64,000 bases of DNA from Macrostomum lignano. Its lineage: Eukaryota. Made by a program: the position numbers and the translations under genes. The notes under the pieces were generated by a model. That model was not told the origin of the DNA, ran no database searches, and saw only the letters and a list, made by a program, of their open reading frames with translations. Within the stretch, counting starts at the first letter, position 1; the number at the start of each line of letters is the position of its first letter. The stretch covers positions 194,134-258,133 of the forward strand of contig NIVC01000177.1 in assembly GCA_002269645.1 (NCBI GenBank). The letters run 5' to 3'. Positions 12,801 through 24,099 of the stretch are shown piece by piece.

Positions 12801-15800
12801 ACCTATTAGAATCATGGAGGCTACCCATTAGAATCGTGGAAGCTACCCATTAGAATCATGGAAGCTACCTATCAGAATCATTAAGATACCCATTAGAATC
12901 ATAGAAGCTACACATTAGTATAATAGAAGCTTTCGATTAAAATCATTGAAGCCACCTATTAGAATCATGAAAGCAACCTATTAGAATCATAGAAGCTACC
13001 CATTAGAATCATGGAAGCTACCCATTAGAATCATGGAAGCTACACATTAGTATAATAGAAGCTTTCGATTAAAATCATTGAAGCCACCTATTAGAATCAT
13101 GAAAGCAACCTATTAGAATCATAGAAGCTACCCATTAGAATCATGGAAGTTACCCATTAGAATCGGGTGAGCTATAAAAAAACATCACACTCGTGAACAC
13201 CTTCCATCCATCAACTACCGCAGGTGTCAGTTTCCTGTCCCAAGTGCCAGCAATCGGACACTAAGCCCTGCCATCAGCCAATGTCCGATTATTCCTGTCC
13301 GCAACCCTGTCCAAAACGGCTGTCCTGCGGACACGCCTGTCCGGAGAAGTGCGGCGATCCGTGTCCGGCCAATCCGGCCAAGGATTGTCGGACCTGCTTA
13401 GAAGCTGAACGATTGCGAAAGGAGGCGCTGAAACGGCAGGACGAGGAGATGCAAAATCTGGCCCGCCGGGAGGCCAAGGACGAGTACGAGAGGATCAAGC
13501 CGGACAAGGAGGAGGAGGTGAGTGGCCGGCTTGGGGAATGAGGGGGTGGTAGATGGGAAATGAAGCATCATTCAACTGGGAAATTAACGATCTGAGAGAG
13601 GGAAATTAAGGATTTGTGAAGAGGGAAATAAAGAATCTGGGAAAATGAAATGAAGGATCTGGAATAAGGAAATGAAGGATCTATAAAAAGGAAATGAATG
13701 ATCTGAGTGAAGGAATTAAAAAGATTTGGGAAGGAAATGGGAGGATCTGTAGAGAGGGAAATGAAGGATCTGTAGAGAGGGAAATGAAGGATTTGTGGAG
13801 AGGGAAATGAAGGATATGTGGAGAGGGAAATGAAGGATCTGTAGAGAGGGAAATGAAGGATCTGTGGAGAGGGAAATGAAGGATCTGTGGAGAGGGAAAT
13901 GAAGGATCTGTAGAGAGGGAAATGAAGGATCTGTGGAGAGGGAAATGAAGGATCTGTGGAGAGAGAAATGAAGGATCTGTGGAGAGGGAAATGAAGGATT
14001 TGTGAAGAGGGAAATGAAGGATCTGTAGAGAGAGAAATGAAGGATCTGTGAAGAGGGAAATGAAGGATCTGTGGAGAGGGAAATGAAGGATCTGTAGAGA
14101 GAGAAATGAAGGATCTGTGGAGAGGGAAATGAAGGATCTGTGGAGAGGGAAATGAAGGATCTGTAGAGAGGGAAATGAAGGATCTGTGGAGAGGGAAATG
14201 AAGGATCTGTGGAGAGAGAAATGAAGGATCTGTAGAGAGGGAAATGAAGGATCTGAGAGAGGGAAATGAAGGATTTGTAAAGAGGGAAATGAAGGATATG
14301 TGGAGAGGGAAATGAAGGATCTGTAGAGAGGGAAATGAAGGATATGTGGAGAGGGAAATGAAGGATCTGTAGAGAGGGAAATGAAGGATCTGAGAGAGGG
14401 AAATGAAGGATTTGTAAAGAGGGAAATGAAGGATATGTGGAGAGGGAAATGAAGGATCTGTAGAGAGGGAAATGAAGGATCTGTGGAGAGGGAAATGAAG
14501 GATCTGTGGAGAGGGAAATGAAGGATATGTGGAGAGGGAAATGAAGGATATGTGGAGAGGGAAATGAAGGATCTGTGGAGAGGGAAATGAAGGATCTGTG
14601 GAGAGAGAAATGAAGGATCTGTGGAGAGGGAAATGAAGGATCTGTGGAGAGGGAAATGAAGGATCTGTGGAGAGGGAAATGAAGGATCTGTGGAGAGAGA
14701 AATGAAGGATCTGTGGAGAGGGAAATGAAGGATCTGTGGAGAGGGAAATGAAGGATCTGTGGAGAGGGAAATGAAGGATATGTGGAGAGGGAAATGAAGG
14801 ATCTGTGGAGAGAGAAATGAAGGATATGTGGAGAGAGAAATGAAGGATCTGTGGAGAGGGAAATGAAGGATCTGTGGAGAGGGAAATGAAGGATCTGTGG
14901 AGAGAGAAATGAAGGATCTGTGGAGAGGGAAATGAAGGATTTGTAAAGAGGGAAATGAAGGATATGTGGAGAGAGAAATGAAGGATATGTGGAGAGAGAA
15001 ATGAAGGATCTGTGGAGAGGGAAATGAAGGATCTGTGGAGAGGGAAATGAAGGATCTGTGGAGAGGGAAATGAAGGATCTGTGGAGAGGGAAATGAAGGA
15101 TCTGTGGAGAGGGAAATGAAGGATATGTGGAGAGAGAAATGAAGGATATGTGGAGAGAGAAATGAAGGATCTGTGGAGAGAGAAATGAAGGATCTGTGGA
15201 GAGGGAAATGAAGGATCTGTGGAGAGAGAAATGAAGGATCTGTGGAGAGGGAAATGAAGGATCTGTGGAGAGGGAAATGAAGGATCTGTGGAGAGGGAAA
15301 TGAAGGATCTGTGGAGAGGGAAATGAAGGATCTGTGGAGAGGGAAATGAAGGATCTGTGGAGAGGGAAATGAAGGATATGTGGAGAGGGAAATAAAGGAT
15401 CTGTGGAGAGAGAAATGAAGGATCTGTGGAGAGGGAAATGAAGGATCTGTGGAGAGGGAAATGAAGGATCTGTGGAGAGGGAAATGAAGGATCTGTGGAG
15501 AGAGAAATGAAGGATCTGTGGAGAGGGAAATGAAGGATCTGTGGAGAGGGAAATGAAGGATCTGTGGAGAGGGAAATGAAGGATCTGTGGAGAGAGAAAT
15601 GAAGGATCTGTGGAGAGGGAAATGAAGGATCTGTGGAGAGGGAAATGAAGGATCTGTGGAGAGGGAAATGAAGGATATGTGGAGAGGGAAATGAAGGATA
15701 TGTGGAGAGGGAAATGAAGGATCTGTGGAGAGAGAAATGAAGGATCTGTGGAGAGGGAAATGAAGGATCTGTGGAGAGAGAAATGAAGGATCTGTGGAGA

Positions 15801-18800
15801 GGGAAATGAAGGATCTGTAGAGAGGGAAATGAAGGATCTGTGGAGAGGGAAATGAAGGATCTGTGGAGAGGGAAATGAAGGATCTGTGGAGAGGGAAATG
15901 AAGGATCTGTGGAGAGGGAAATGAAGGATCTGTGGAGAGGGAAATGAAGGATCTGAGAGAGGGAAATAAAGAATCTAAAAGAGGGAAATGAAGCATCTGG
16001 GAAATTGGAAAAGAAAATGAATGATTACACTCGAAACCAATGTCTACATGACACTAAATTGAAACCAATTCACTCTGCAGATGAGCCTAATCAAGCTGGA
16101 TCCTGGCAGCTCAGAATTCTTCGACATCCAAGACCGGGTCACTAAGTACGTTCAGATGACTCACGGCTGGTTTCCCAAAGTTCGATCAGTGGAGCGTTTG
16201 CGCAACGTGAAGCTGCGAATGCGATTTCTGAGCTACCGACAGAACACTGCCAAGGATGCCAGCAGGGTGGAGCTGAAATTTCACGGCACCTCAGCCGATG
16301 GTGTGAAGGGCATCACTAAAGAGGGCTTCCGTCTGCCGCAGAATCCCGGGATGTTTGGCGCCGGGATCTACTTCGCGTCCGATGCGTCTAAGAGCGCCCA
16401 GGTTTGTTTTATTAGGCTTTTTGTGTGTGCAGGTGGCTCATCTACATCTGCACATGTGCCTCAACAGTGGTAGAGGTGTCTCATCATCTGTACAGGTTCC
16501 TCATCTGCTCAACTGTACAGGTATCTCATCATCTGTACATATGTCTCATAATCCGTACAGGTTCCTCATCATATGTACAGGTGTCTCATCATCTGTACAG
16601 ATCTCTCATAATCCGTACAGGTTCCTCATTATCTGTACAGGTGTCTCATCATCTTGTACAGATGTCTCATAATCTGTACAGGTGTCTCATAATCTGTACA
16701 GGTGTCTCATAATCTGGACAGGTGTGTCAAAATCTCAGGGTGTCTCATCATCTACACAGGTGTCTCACTAGTTGTATAGGTGTCTCATCATCTGTACAGG
16801 TGTATCATCATCTGTACAGGTGTCTCATCATCTGTACAGGTGTATCATCATCTGTACAGGTGTCTCATCATCTGTATAGGTGTCTCAGCATCTGTACAGG
16901 TGTCTCATCATCCGTACAGGTGTCTCATCATCCGCACAAGTGTCTCATCATTCGTAGGTGTCATCATCTGTACAGATGTGTCAAAATCGCAGGTTGTCTC
17001 ATGACTCTCATCATCTACAGGTGTCTCATCATCTGTACAGGTGTCTCATCATCGACCCTACAGGTGTCTCATCAATCATCATCCGTACAGGTGTCTCATC
17101 ATCTGCACAGATGTCTCATCATTCGTAGGTGTCTCATCATCTGTACAGATGTGTCAAAATCTCAGGGTGTCTCATGACTCTCATCATCTACAGGTGTCTC
17201 ATCATCTGTACAGGTGTCTCATCATCCGTACAGGTGCCTCATCATCTGTACAGGTGTCTCATTATTTGCACAGGTGTCTCACCAGTTGTAGAGGTGTCTC
17301 ATCATCTGTACAGGTGCCTCATCATCTGTACAGGTGTTTCATTATCTGTACAGGTGTCTCATCATCCCTACAGGTGTCTCATCATCCGTACAGGTGTCTC
17401 ATCATCTGTACAGGTGTCTCATTATTTGCACAGGTGTCTCACCAGTTGTAGAGGTGTCTCATCATCTGTACAGGTGCCTCATCATCCGTACAGGTGTCTC
17501 ATTATTTGCACAGGTGTCTCACCAGTTGTAGAGGTGTCTCATCATCTGTACAGGTGCCTCATCATCTGTACAGGTGTCTCATTATCTGTACAGGTGTCTC
17601 ATCATCTGTACAGGTGTCTCATCATCTGTACAGGTGCCTCATCATCTGTACAGGTGTCTCATTATCTGTACAGGTGTCTCATCATCCCTACAGGTGTCTC
17701 ATCATCCGTACAGGTGTCTCATCATCTGTACAGGTGTCTCATTATTTGCACAGGTGTCTCACCAGTTGTAGAGGTGTCTCATCATCTGTACAGGTGCCTC
17801 ATCATCCGTACAGGTGTCTCATTATTTGCACAGGTGTCTCACCAGTTGTAGAGGTGTCTCATCATCTGTACAGGTGCCTCATCATCTGTACAGGTGTCTC
17901 ATTATCTGTACAGGTGTCTCATCATCTGTACAGGTGTCTCATCATCTGTACAGGTGCCTCATCATCTGTACAGGTGTCTCATTATCTGTACAGGTGTCTC
18001 ATCATCCCTACAGGTGTCTCATCATCCGTACAGGTGTCTCATCATCTGTACAGGTGTCTCATTATTTGCACAGGTGTCTCACCAGTTGTAGAGGTGTCTC
18101 ATCATCTGTACAGGTGCCTCATCATCTGTACAGGTGTCTCATTATCTGTACAGGTGTCTCATCATCCCTACAGGTGTCTCATCATCCGTACAGGTGTCTT
18201 ATCATCTGTACAGGTGTCTCATTATTTGCACAGGTGTCTCACCAGTTGTAGAGGTGTCTCATCATCTGTACAGGTGCCTCATCATCTGTACAGGTGTCTC
18301 ATTATCTGTACAGGTGTCTCATCATCCCTACAGGTGTCTCATCATCCGTACAGGTGTCTTATCATCTGTACAGGTGTCTCATTATTTGCACAGGTGTCTC
18401 ACCAGTTGTAGAGGTGTCTCATCATCTGTACAGGTGCCTCATCATCTGTACAGGTGTCTCATCATCTGTACAGGTGTCTCATCATCCCTACAGGTGTCTC
18501 ATCATCCCTACAGGTGTCTCATCATCCGTACAGGTGTCTCATCATCTGTACAGGTGTCTCATCATCTGTACAGGTGCCTCATCATCTGTACAGGTGTCTC
18601 ATTATCTGTACAGGTGTCTAATCATCTGTACAGGTGTCTCATCATCTGTACAGGTGTCTCATCATCCGTACAGGTGTCTCATCATCTGTACAGGTGTCTC
18701 ATTATTTGCACAGGTGCCTCATCATCTGTACAGGTGTCTCATTATCTGTACAGGTGTCTCATCATCTGTACAGGTGTCTCATCATCTGTACAGGTGTCTC

Positions 18801-21518
18801 ATCATCCCTACAGGTGTCTCATCATCCGTACAGGTGTCTCATCATCTGTACAGGTGTCTCATTATTTGCACAGGTGTCTCACCAGTTGTAGGTGTCTTAT
18901 CATCTGTACAGGTGTCTCACCAGTTGTAGAGGTGTCTCATCATCTGTACAGGTGTCTCATCATCCCTACAGGTGTCTCATCATCCCTACAGGTGTCTCAT
19001 CATCCGTACAGGTGTCTCATTATTTGCACAGGTGCCTTATCATCTGTACAGGTGTCTCATTATTTGCACAGGTGTCTCACCAGTTGTAGAGGTGTCTCAT
19101 CATCTGTACAGGTGCCTCATCATCTGTACAGGTGTCTCATTATCTGTACAGGTGTCTCATCATCCCTACAGGTGTCTCATCATCCGTACAGGTGTCTCAT
19201 CATCTGTACAGGTGTCTCATTATTTGCACAGGTGTCTCACCAGTTGTAGAGGTGTCTCATCATCTGTACAGGTGCCTCATCATCTGTACAGGTGTCTCAT
19301 CATCTGTACAGGTGTCTCATCATCCCTACAGGTGTCTCATCATCCCTACAGGTGTCTCATCATCCGTACAGGTGTCTCATCATCTGTACAGGTGTCTCAT
19401 TATTTTCACAGGTGTCTCACCAGTTGTAGAGGTGTCTCATCATCTGTACAGGTGCCTCATCATCTGTACAGGTGTCTCATTATCTGTACAGGTGTCTCAT
19501 CATCCCTACAGGTGTCTTATCATCTGTACAGGTGTCTCATCATCCGTACAGGTGTCTCATCATCTGTACAGGTGTCTCATTATTTGCACAGGTGCCTCAT
19601 CATCTGTACAGGTGTCTCATTATCTGTACAGGTGTCTCATCATCTGTACAGGTGTCTCATCATCTGTACAGGTGTCTCATCATCTCTACAGGTGTCTCAT
19701 CATCCGTACAGGTGTCTCATCATCTGTACAGGTGTCTCATTATTTGCACAGGTGTCTCACCAGTTGTAGATGTGTCTCATCATCTGTACAGGTGCCTCAT
19801 CAACTGTACAGGTGTCTCATCATCTGTACAGGTGTCTCATCATCCCTACAGGTGTCTCATCATCCCTACAGGTGTCTCATCATCCGTACAGGTGTCTCAT
19901 CATCTGTACAGGTGTCTCATTATTTGCACCGGTGTCTCACCAGTTGTAGAGGTGTCTCATCATCTGTACAGGTGCCTCATCATCTGTACAGGTGTCTCAT
20001 TATCTGTACAGGTGTCTCATCATCTGTACAGGTGTCTCATCATCTGTACAGGTGTCTCATCATCTGTACAGGTATCTCATCATCCCTACAGGTGTCTCAT
20101 CATCCGTACAGGTGTCTCATCATCTGTACAGGTGTCTCATTATTTGCACAGGTGCCTCATCATCTGTACAGGTGTCTCATTATCTGTACAGGTGTCTCAT
20201 CATCTGTACAGGTGTCTCATCATCTGTACAGGTGTCTCATCATCCCTACAGGTGTCTCATTATCCGTACAGGTGTCTCATCATCTGTACAGGTGTCTCAT
20301 TATTTGCACAGGTGTCTCACCAGTTGTAGAGGTGTCTCATCATCTGTACAGGTGCCTCATCATCTGTACAGGTGACTCATTATCTGTACAGGTGACTCAT
20401 TATCTGTACAGGTGTCTAATCATCTGTACAGGTGTCTCATCATCTGTACAGGTGCTCATCATCTGTACAGGTGTCTCATCGTCTGTACAGGTGTCTCATC
20501 ATCCTCACAGGTGTCTCATCATTCGTAGGTGTCTTATCATCTGTACAGGTGTCTCACCAGTTGTAGAGGTGTCTCATCATCTGTTTCATACATCTTCGCA
20601 CGCTCATTGCTAAACTGATCCGTCTACATGTACATGTACACCCTGTAGGAGCTCTACACCAAAGGCTCGCGCACGCTGCTCCTGTGCGAGGTCCTGCTTG
20701 GCCGGTCCCTTCGCGTCACCGAGGCAACCAACAGCAAATACAATTGGAAATCACTGAGGCAAGAGAATTATGATTCAATATTCGCTCCAAGAGACACTAA
20801 GAACTCTGGCGGCGTACTGTTTGACGAGTTTGTAGTGTTTAATCCGGATCAAGCTTATCCCAAGTACATCATCAAGTACGAGAGCGTCAGCGGTGCAGCT
20901 GCACTGAATGAGATTAGCAAGCTGTCTATGGGACAAACCCAGCCTAAAACTGGCAATACTGTAGTGAAAATCCCGGCCTCTGTTGTGGCTACAAAGCCGG
21001 AAACGTCGCCGGAAGTGCTCCACTACAGCATTGCTAATTCGCATTTCTTGTCCAGTTTTCAAGGCGGCCAAATGAGGTACAAAGTGACAGAGGTTTGGCA
21101 CAATTCCAATCCGCGGTTGGAGCATAAATTTGCTGCTAAACAGGCCGAGTTCAAGGCCAAGTACGGAGCTGATCACCAGTACGCTCAGTACGTGCTGGCG
21201 TTTCACGGAACCAAGACTGCCGCTATTGTCGATGATATTATGGCTAATAACTTTGATCTGAAGAAGCTGCAACGATGTGCCCACGGTTTCGGAGTGTACT
21301 TATCGGAATTTGCTGATGTGTCAGTCGGTTACGGGACAGAGATGCTGCTTTGCCGTGTGCTGCCTGGCAACCCGCAGGAAGGCTGCGGAGGAAATCAGCG
21401 CATTGACCCTAACTACAATTCTATACGGGTTAATAAAAGCACTGACGGTCGCGGTTGGGCCCTTGTTATCGACAACGTCGACCAGATCTTGCCGCTGTAC
21501 AAGGTTGTGTTTCAATAA
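1816..21518 (+). CDS. ZNFX1-like: ZNFX1-like SF1B (Upf1-family) RNA helicase with NF-X1-type zinc fingers, fused to two C-terminal PARP/ART catalytic domains (multi-exon; 5' end uncertain)
   Basis: Exons with GT-AG boundaries: ~1816-~2129 (uncertain), ~2660-3203, 4417-4801, 5161-5422, 6281-6860, 7555-8164, 9105-9417, 9892-10304, 11198-11506, 12362-12568, 13224-13517, 16081-16401, 20649-21518 (stop). Family motifs in order: YYDTYFRTLRAD, WRKSSRLMQGNLVCLS, MAESPSLFRAFEPVLRSLQ, IQGPPGTGKS, VMSYKNHALDEFL, VEEAAEV, HLILIGDHKQLRP, LDVSMFERL, QNRMRPE, VDLYQGDENDVIIVSLVRSN, SRARRGMYILGN. Intron phases match without correction from 9105 to the stop. Upstream exons need single-base insertions (see findings). 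Confidence 0.88.
2265..2645. repeat. ~35-bp minisatellite (ttgtcagatggcgcttaaaagcgtcgaatcttgtg)
   Basis: Direct tandem copies in an intron. Confidence 0.9.
3285..4410. repeat. ~33-bp minisatellite (ggtgagatttcaaaatcgacagtcagtctcagg)
   Basis: Fills the intron 3204-4416 almost up to the acceptor. Confidence 0.95.
4838..5095. repeat. 24-bp minisatellite (ttagcgacaaccttatcgacatat)
   Basis: Direct tandem copies. Confidence 0.95.
5468..6210. repeat. Compound minisatellite (gggcggatgttggcggattctgatgg, switching to gattgtgatggagggg variants)
   Basis: The unit changes near 5970. Confidence 0.92.
7040..7550. repeat. (CACT)n/(CATC)n compound microsatellite
   Basis: Direct inspection. Confidence 0.92.
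8260..8900. repeat. 21-22 bp minisatellites (gacatttctaggaatggaatt; gacatttctaagaataagagtt)
   Basis: Two related units sharing gacatttcta. Confidence 0.9.
9503..9872. repeat. (ATC)n trinucleotide microsatellite
   Basis: Direct inspection; intronic, between helicase exons. Confidence 0.97.
10310..11165. repeat. 23-bp minisatellite (gattggactggcagtgtgggata)
   Basis: Starts 5-6 nt after the donor at 10305. Confidence 0.95.
11545..12330. repeat. 21-bp minisatellite (ccc(c/t)gaagctgcatcccagat)
   Basis: Direct tandem copies; source of the EAASQIP ORFs. Confidence 0.95.
12362..13517 (+). other. Cys/His-rich NF-X1-type zinc-finger region followed by a charged helix
   Basis: Exon 12362-12568 reads CDRLCDAFMDCGQHKCQKLCRSPRHSHKNC...GCSHPGQRKC. 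Exon 13224-13517 reads CPQPCPKRLSCGHACPEKCGDPC then EAERLRKEALKRQDEE. Confidence 0.85.
12645..13165. repeat. 22-bp minisatellite (ctacccattagaatcatggaag)
   Basis: Direct tandem copies. Confidence 0.9.
13570..16000. repeat. 23-bp minisatellite (gagggaaatgaaggatctgtgga), ~2.4 kb
   Basis: About 100 copies by length; source of the 771-aa minus-strand ORF. Confidence 0.97.
16081..20880 (+). other. PARP/ART catalytic domain 1 (H-Y-E), split by a 4.2 kb intron
   Basis: KFHGT (His 16282-16284), GMFGAGIYFASDASKS (Tyr 16369-16371; tankyrase-like motif), LLLCEVLLG, YDSI, FDEFVVFNPDQAYPKYII (Glu 20826-20828). Confidence 0.9.
16450..20590. repeat. 20-bp satellite (caggtgtctcatcatctgta), ~4.1 kb, with higher-order variant cassettes
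   Basis: About 200 copies by length, inside the intron that splits PARP domain 1. Variant blocks recur at 160- and 320-bp offsets. Confidence 0.97.
21015..21518 (+). other. PARP/ART-fold domain 2 (H-Y-A, catalytic Glu absent)
   Basis: AFHGT (His 21204-21206), HGFGVYLSE (Tyr 21297-21299), MLLCRVLPG, YNSI, GWALVIDNVDQILPLYKV. Ala at 21459-21461 aligns with the domain-1 Glu. Stop codon at 21516-21518. Confidence 0.82.
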
Positions 21519-23319
21519 CTATTTGATTGAGAGAAAGAGAAAAAAACAAAAATGCCTGTTCTGGATGTTTTCTTTATAGACTATTTTTTCCGGTGTGTTT
21601 CCTAGAAAATTTCAAGACAAGATTAACAAGTATTTTCATACTGTTTCTTAAAACTTTAAAATCTTAGTTTTGCGTTTAACACAAGCATCATCTAGCCTGT
21701 AAGATACTTGACTATACAAGTGTATCCGATTGTGTACATAAAAAGTTAAAGATTTTAACTTTTAAAAATAATCGGCGAGATGTACGTTATAATTATACAA
21801 AGATGAGGCTTTTCATATTACCAATTCCAGAATCAGAATCGGTTTGGATCTTCCAAGAAAAACAGCAGTATAACTATTTAATTCTGTTGAATGTTTGACT
21901 GCCTTAACAACCTCTTTTAGCATAATTTTTCACTTTCTTCTTGGCGATTGTCATTTAATAATAAAAACTTTATAGCACGTATCTCCCTCTAGTTATGGAG
22001 ACAAAAAGTTATACTTCACAAGTTGGTTCTGGTTCTGGAACCAGAACAAGCAATATGAAAAGGCCCGATGAAAGAAATAATTTGCAATTCGAGTGTTGGA
22101 TGACATTTTAAACAAATATTTTAACAAAAAAACTGTTATTACTGTGGCGAAAAGTGAATTTATCTGTTACTAATCTTACACTATTATTTCGCGATTTAAT
22201 CGTGTTCGCCTTTTCTCTCTTAATTAAATCTTAAAATTTTAACGGACTAAATTCTACCAAAAAATGTGTTATAGATGCTTTGGAATATCGTTTTTAGTAT
22301 GCGCCTTTTCAAAGTCATTTTTTTGATTAGAAAAGTATTTGTCTCGTACATATATATATGTGGGTTGTCATACGAGTAAACATAGATTTACAATTTACAT
22401 GTAACCTGAATACGAGTATGGATTAATTCATCAGCATTTTTGTCGCCAGCTCCGGTTATGAGCAGTTTTCGTACATTGATCATAGCTACCATTGTGTGTG
22501 TGAAATAAACCGACAGGATCTGCAAATTTATTTCTCTGCAACTTAAATCTGTACATTTGTTTATATTTTTTCATTCTTGTTATAAATATCGTTTTGCGAA
22601 CTCCAATAGAGTTATCTACTTCACTTCGTCTTAGTTTTTGATTGCTTGAAAAAATTAATAATTTTGATATGAATTGTAAGCTCTGAAGCCCAAAAGTCAA
22701 CGTACTGATTTAACTTACACGTACAGTAAGTGAGATAACATTTGTTCAACATGTACGAGTTATATGATCGTACCGGTGCAAGTACTACTCATATAAGTAA
22801 TGTGCTTGTAAAAAATACAATACTCTGACCTGCCATCAAGTACGATAATCCTTTGTTCTGTTTATTCCGAGCACGAAGGATTGGTTACTTAAACATGTAC
22901 ATTTGCATCGAGGTACAAAAACGTACATTAATTCATGCAAAACAATCTTCATTGTAATATATACATTATGGTTGTGGACGCCTTAAGATTTATGATATGA
23001 TGATATATGTAGATACGGACAGTACATGACACTAATCTTTATAAACTAATTGTTGGTTCAATTCCACAACATGTGTAAACGATTAAACAATTTTAACGAA
23101 AAAAGTTTTTATGTGTATTTGTAATAAAATAGCTCACTTATTTTTAACAATTTTATTATATTTTTTAATAAGGTATAGCATGTACGCTTGTCCATATCCC
23201 TAGCTATACAAATTTGTTAAGAATAATTTGCGACGAAAGTTTGTTTCGAAGAAAGCGTATTATCCGCTGGGCGGCTGGGCCTCGATGATGGAAGGAAAAA
23301 GAGATTAATGTTAATGTTA

Positions 23320-23375
23320 AGATTAAGATTAAGATTAAGATTAAGATTAAGATTAAGATTAAGATTAAGATTAAT
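23320..23375. repeat. (ATTAAG)n hexanucleotide microsatellite
   Basis: Direct inspection. Confidence 0.9.
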
Positions 23376-24099
23376 GTTAGTTAGGCCTAGTGTTTTGTGT
23401 TAGTGTTAATGTTGTGTTAGTCAACCTGTTTTCTTGCTATCAACTCCACAGTCTTCTTCTGTTTTTAGTTAAAAATATTAAGATTTGAGTTTCTTATCAC
23501 TCTAAACCATCAATATTTGTTACTCAGTGTAGGAAATTTAACTTTTTTAAAGCTTACCAAGTGTTCCTCCAGCGAGGTGTCTGAAGACACTGTTGATTTC
23601 TTTGGCCCAGATGTTGTTGGGAGCACTGGAATTGGTGGCATAATCCAATTAGAATTGGCTTTCTTCAAGTGCTGCTGCTGCATTTTCTGCAGCATTGTTG
23701 CTGCCACCTGCTTGGCCTGTCGGATGACTTCATCCTCCCCCCGATGCAGCAATTCCTGAATTCCTCCTCTTTAGACCATAATATTGGTTCATACCATGCC
23801 TCAGGTTAGGGGCCTATATGTCCTGATCGTCCTTGTAAATGCAGGTGCAGCCCGTTTCAGTGAAAGAATTTTCCGCAAAAGATGTTTCGGCAAAGATGAA
23901 TTTTTTGTCTACATAGATGCACATTTTGGCAAAAGAAATTGACCACTTTGGCGAAAAGATACTTATACATGTACAAGTATTTTTCAAATTATTCATTGAC
24001 TGCCTTGGACAGATATTCGTATTCGCAGTTTGCACATTTAAAAACTCACAACTTAGCCCAGTCATCTGGCAAAAGCAGCAAATCAGGAACGCCAAGCCA

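Noticed and set aside
13681-20613. Very long ORFs (771 aa minus strand; many 200-490 aa plus strand)
   Set aside because: They are translations of 23-bp and 20-bp tandem repeats that lack stop codons in some frames, and they lie inside introns defined by flanking in-phase exons.
16081-21518. Independent PARP gene starting at the ATG at 16081
   Set aside because: The ATG is directly preceded by an acceptor (ctctgcag), and the upstream exon ends in a phase-0 donor (gag|gtgagt) with no stop codon, so splicing into the helicase frame fits better. It remains the alternative to test.
23510-23815. Minus-strand coding fragment (HRGEDEVIRQAKQVAATMLQ...)
   Set aside because: It is short, needs a frameshift to extend, has no recognisable motif and lies next to transposon debris, so it could not be assigned.
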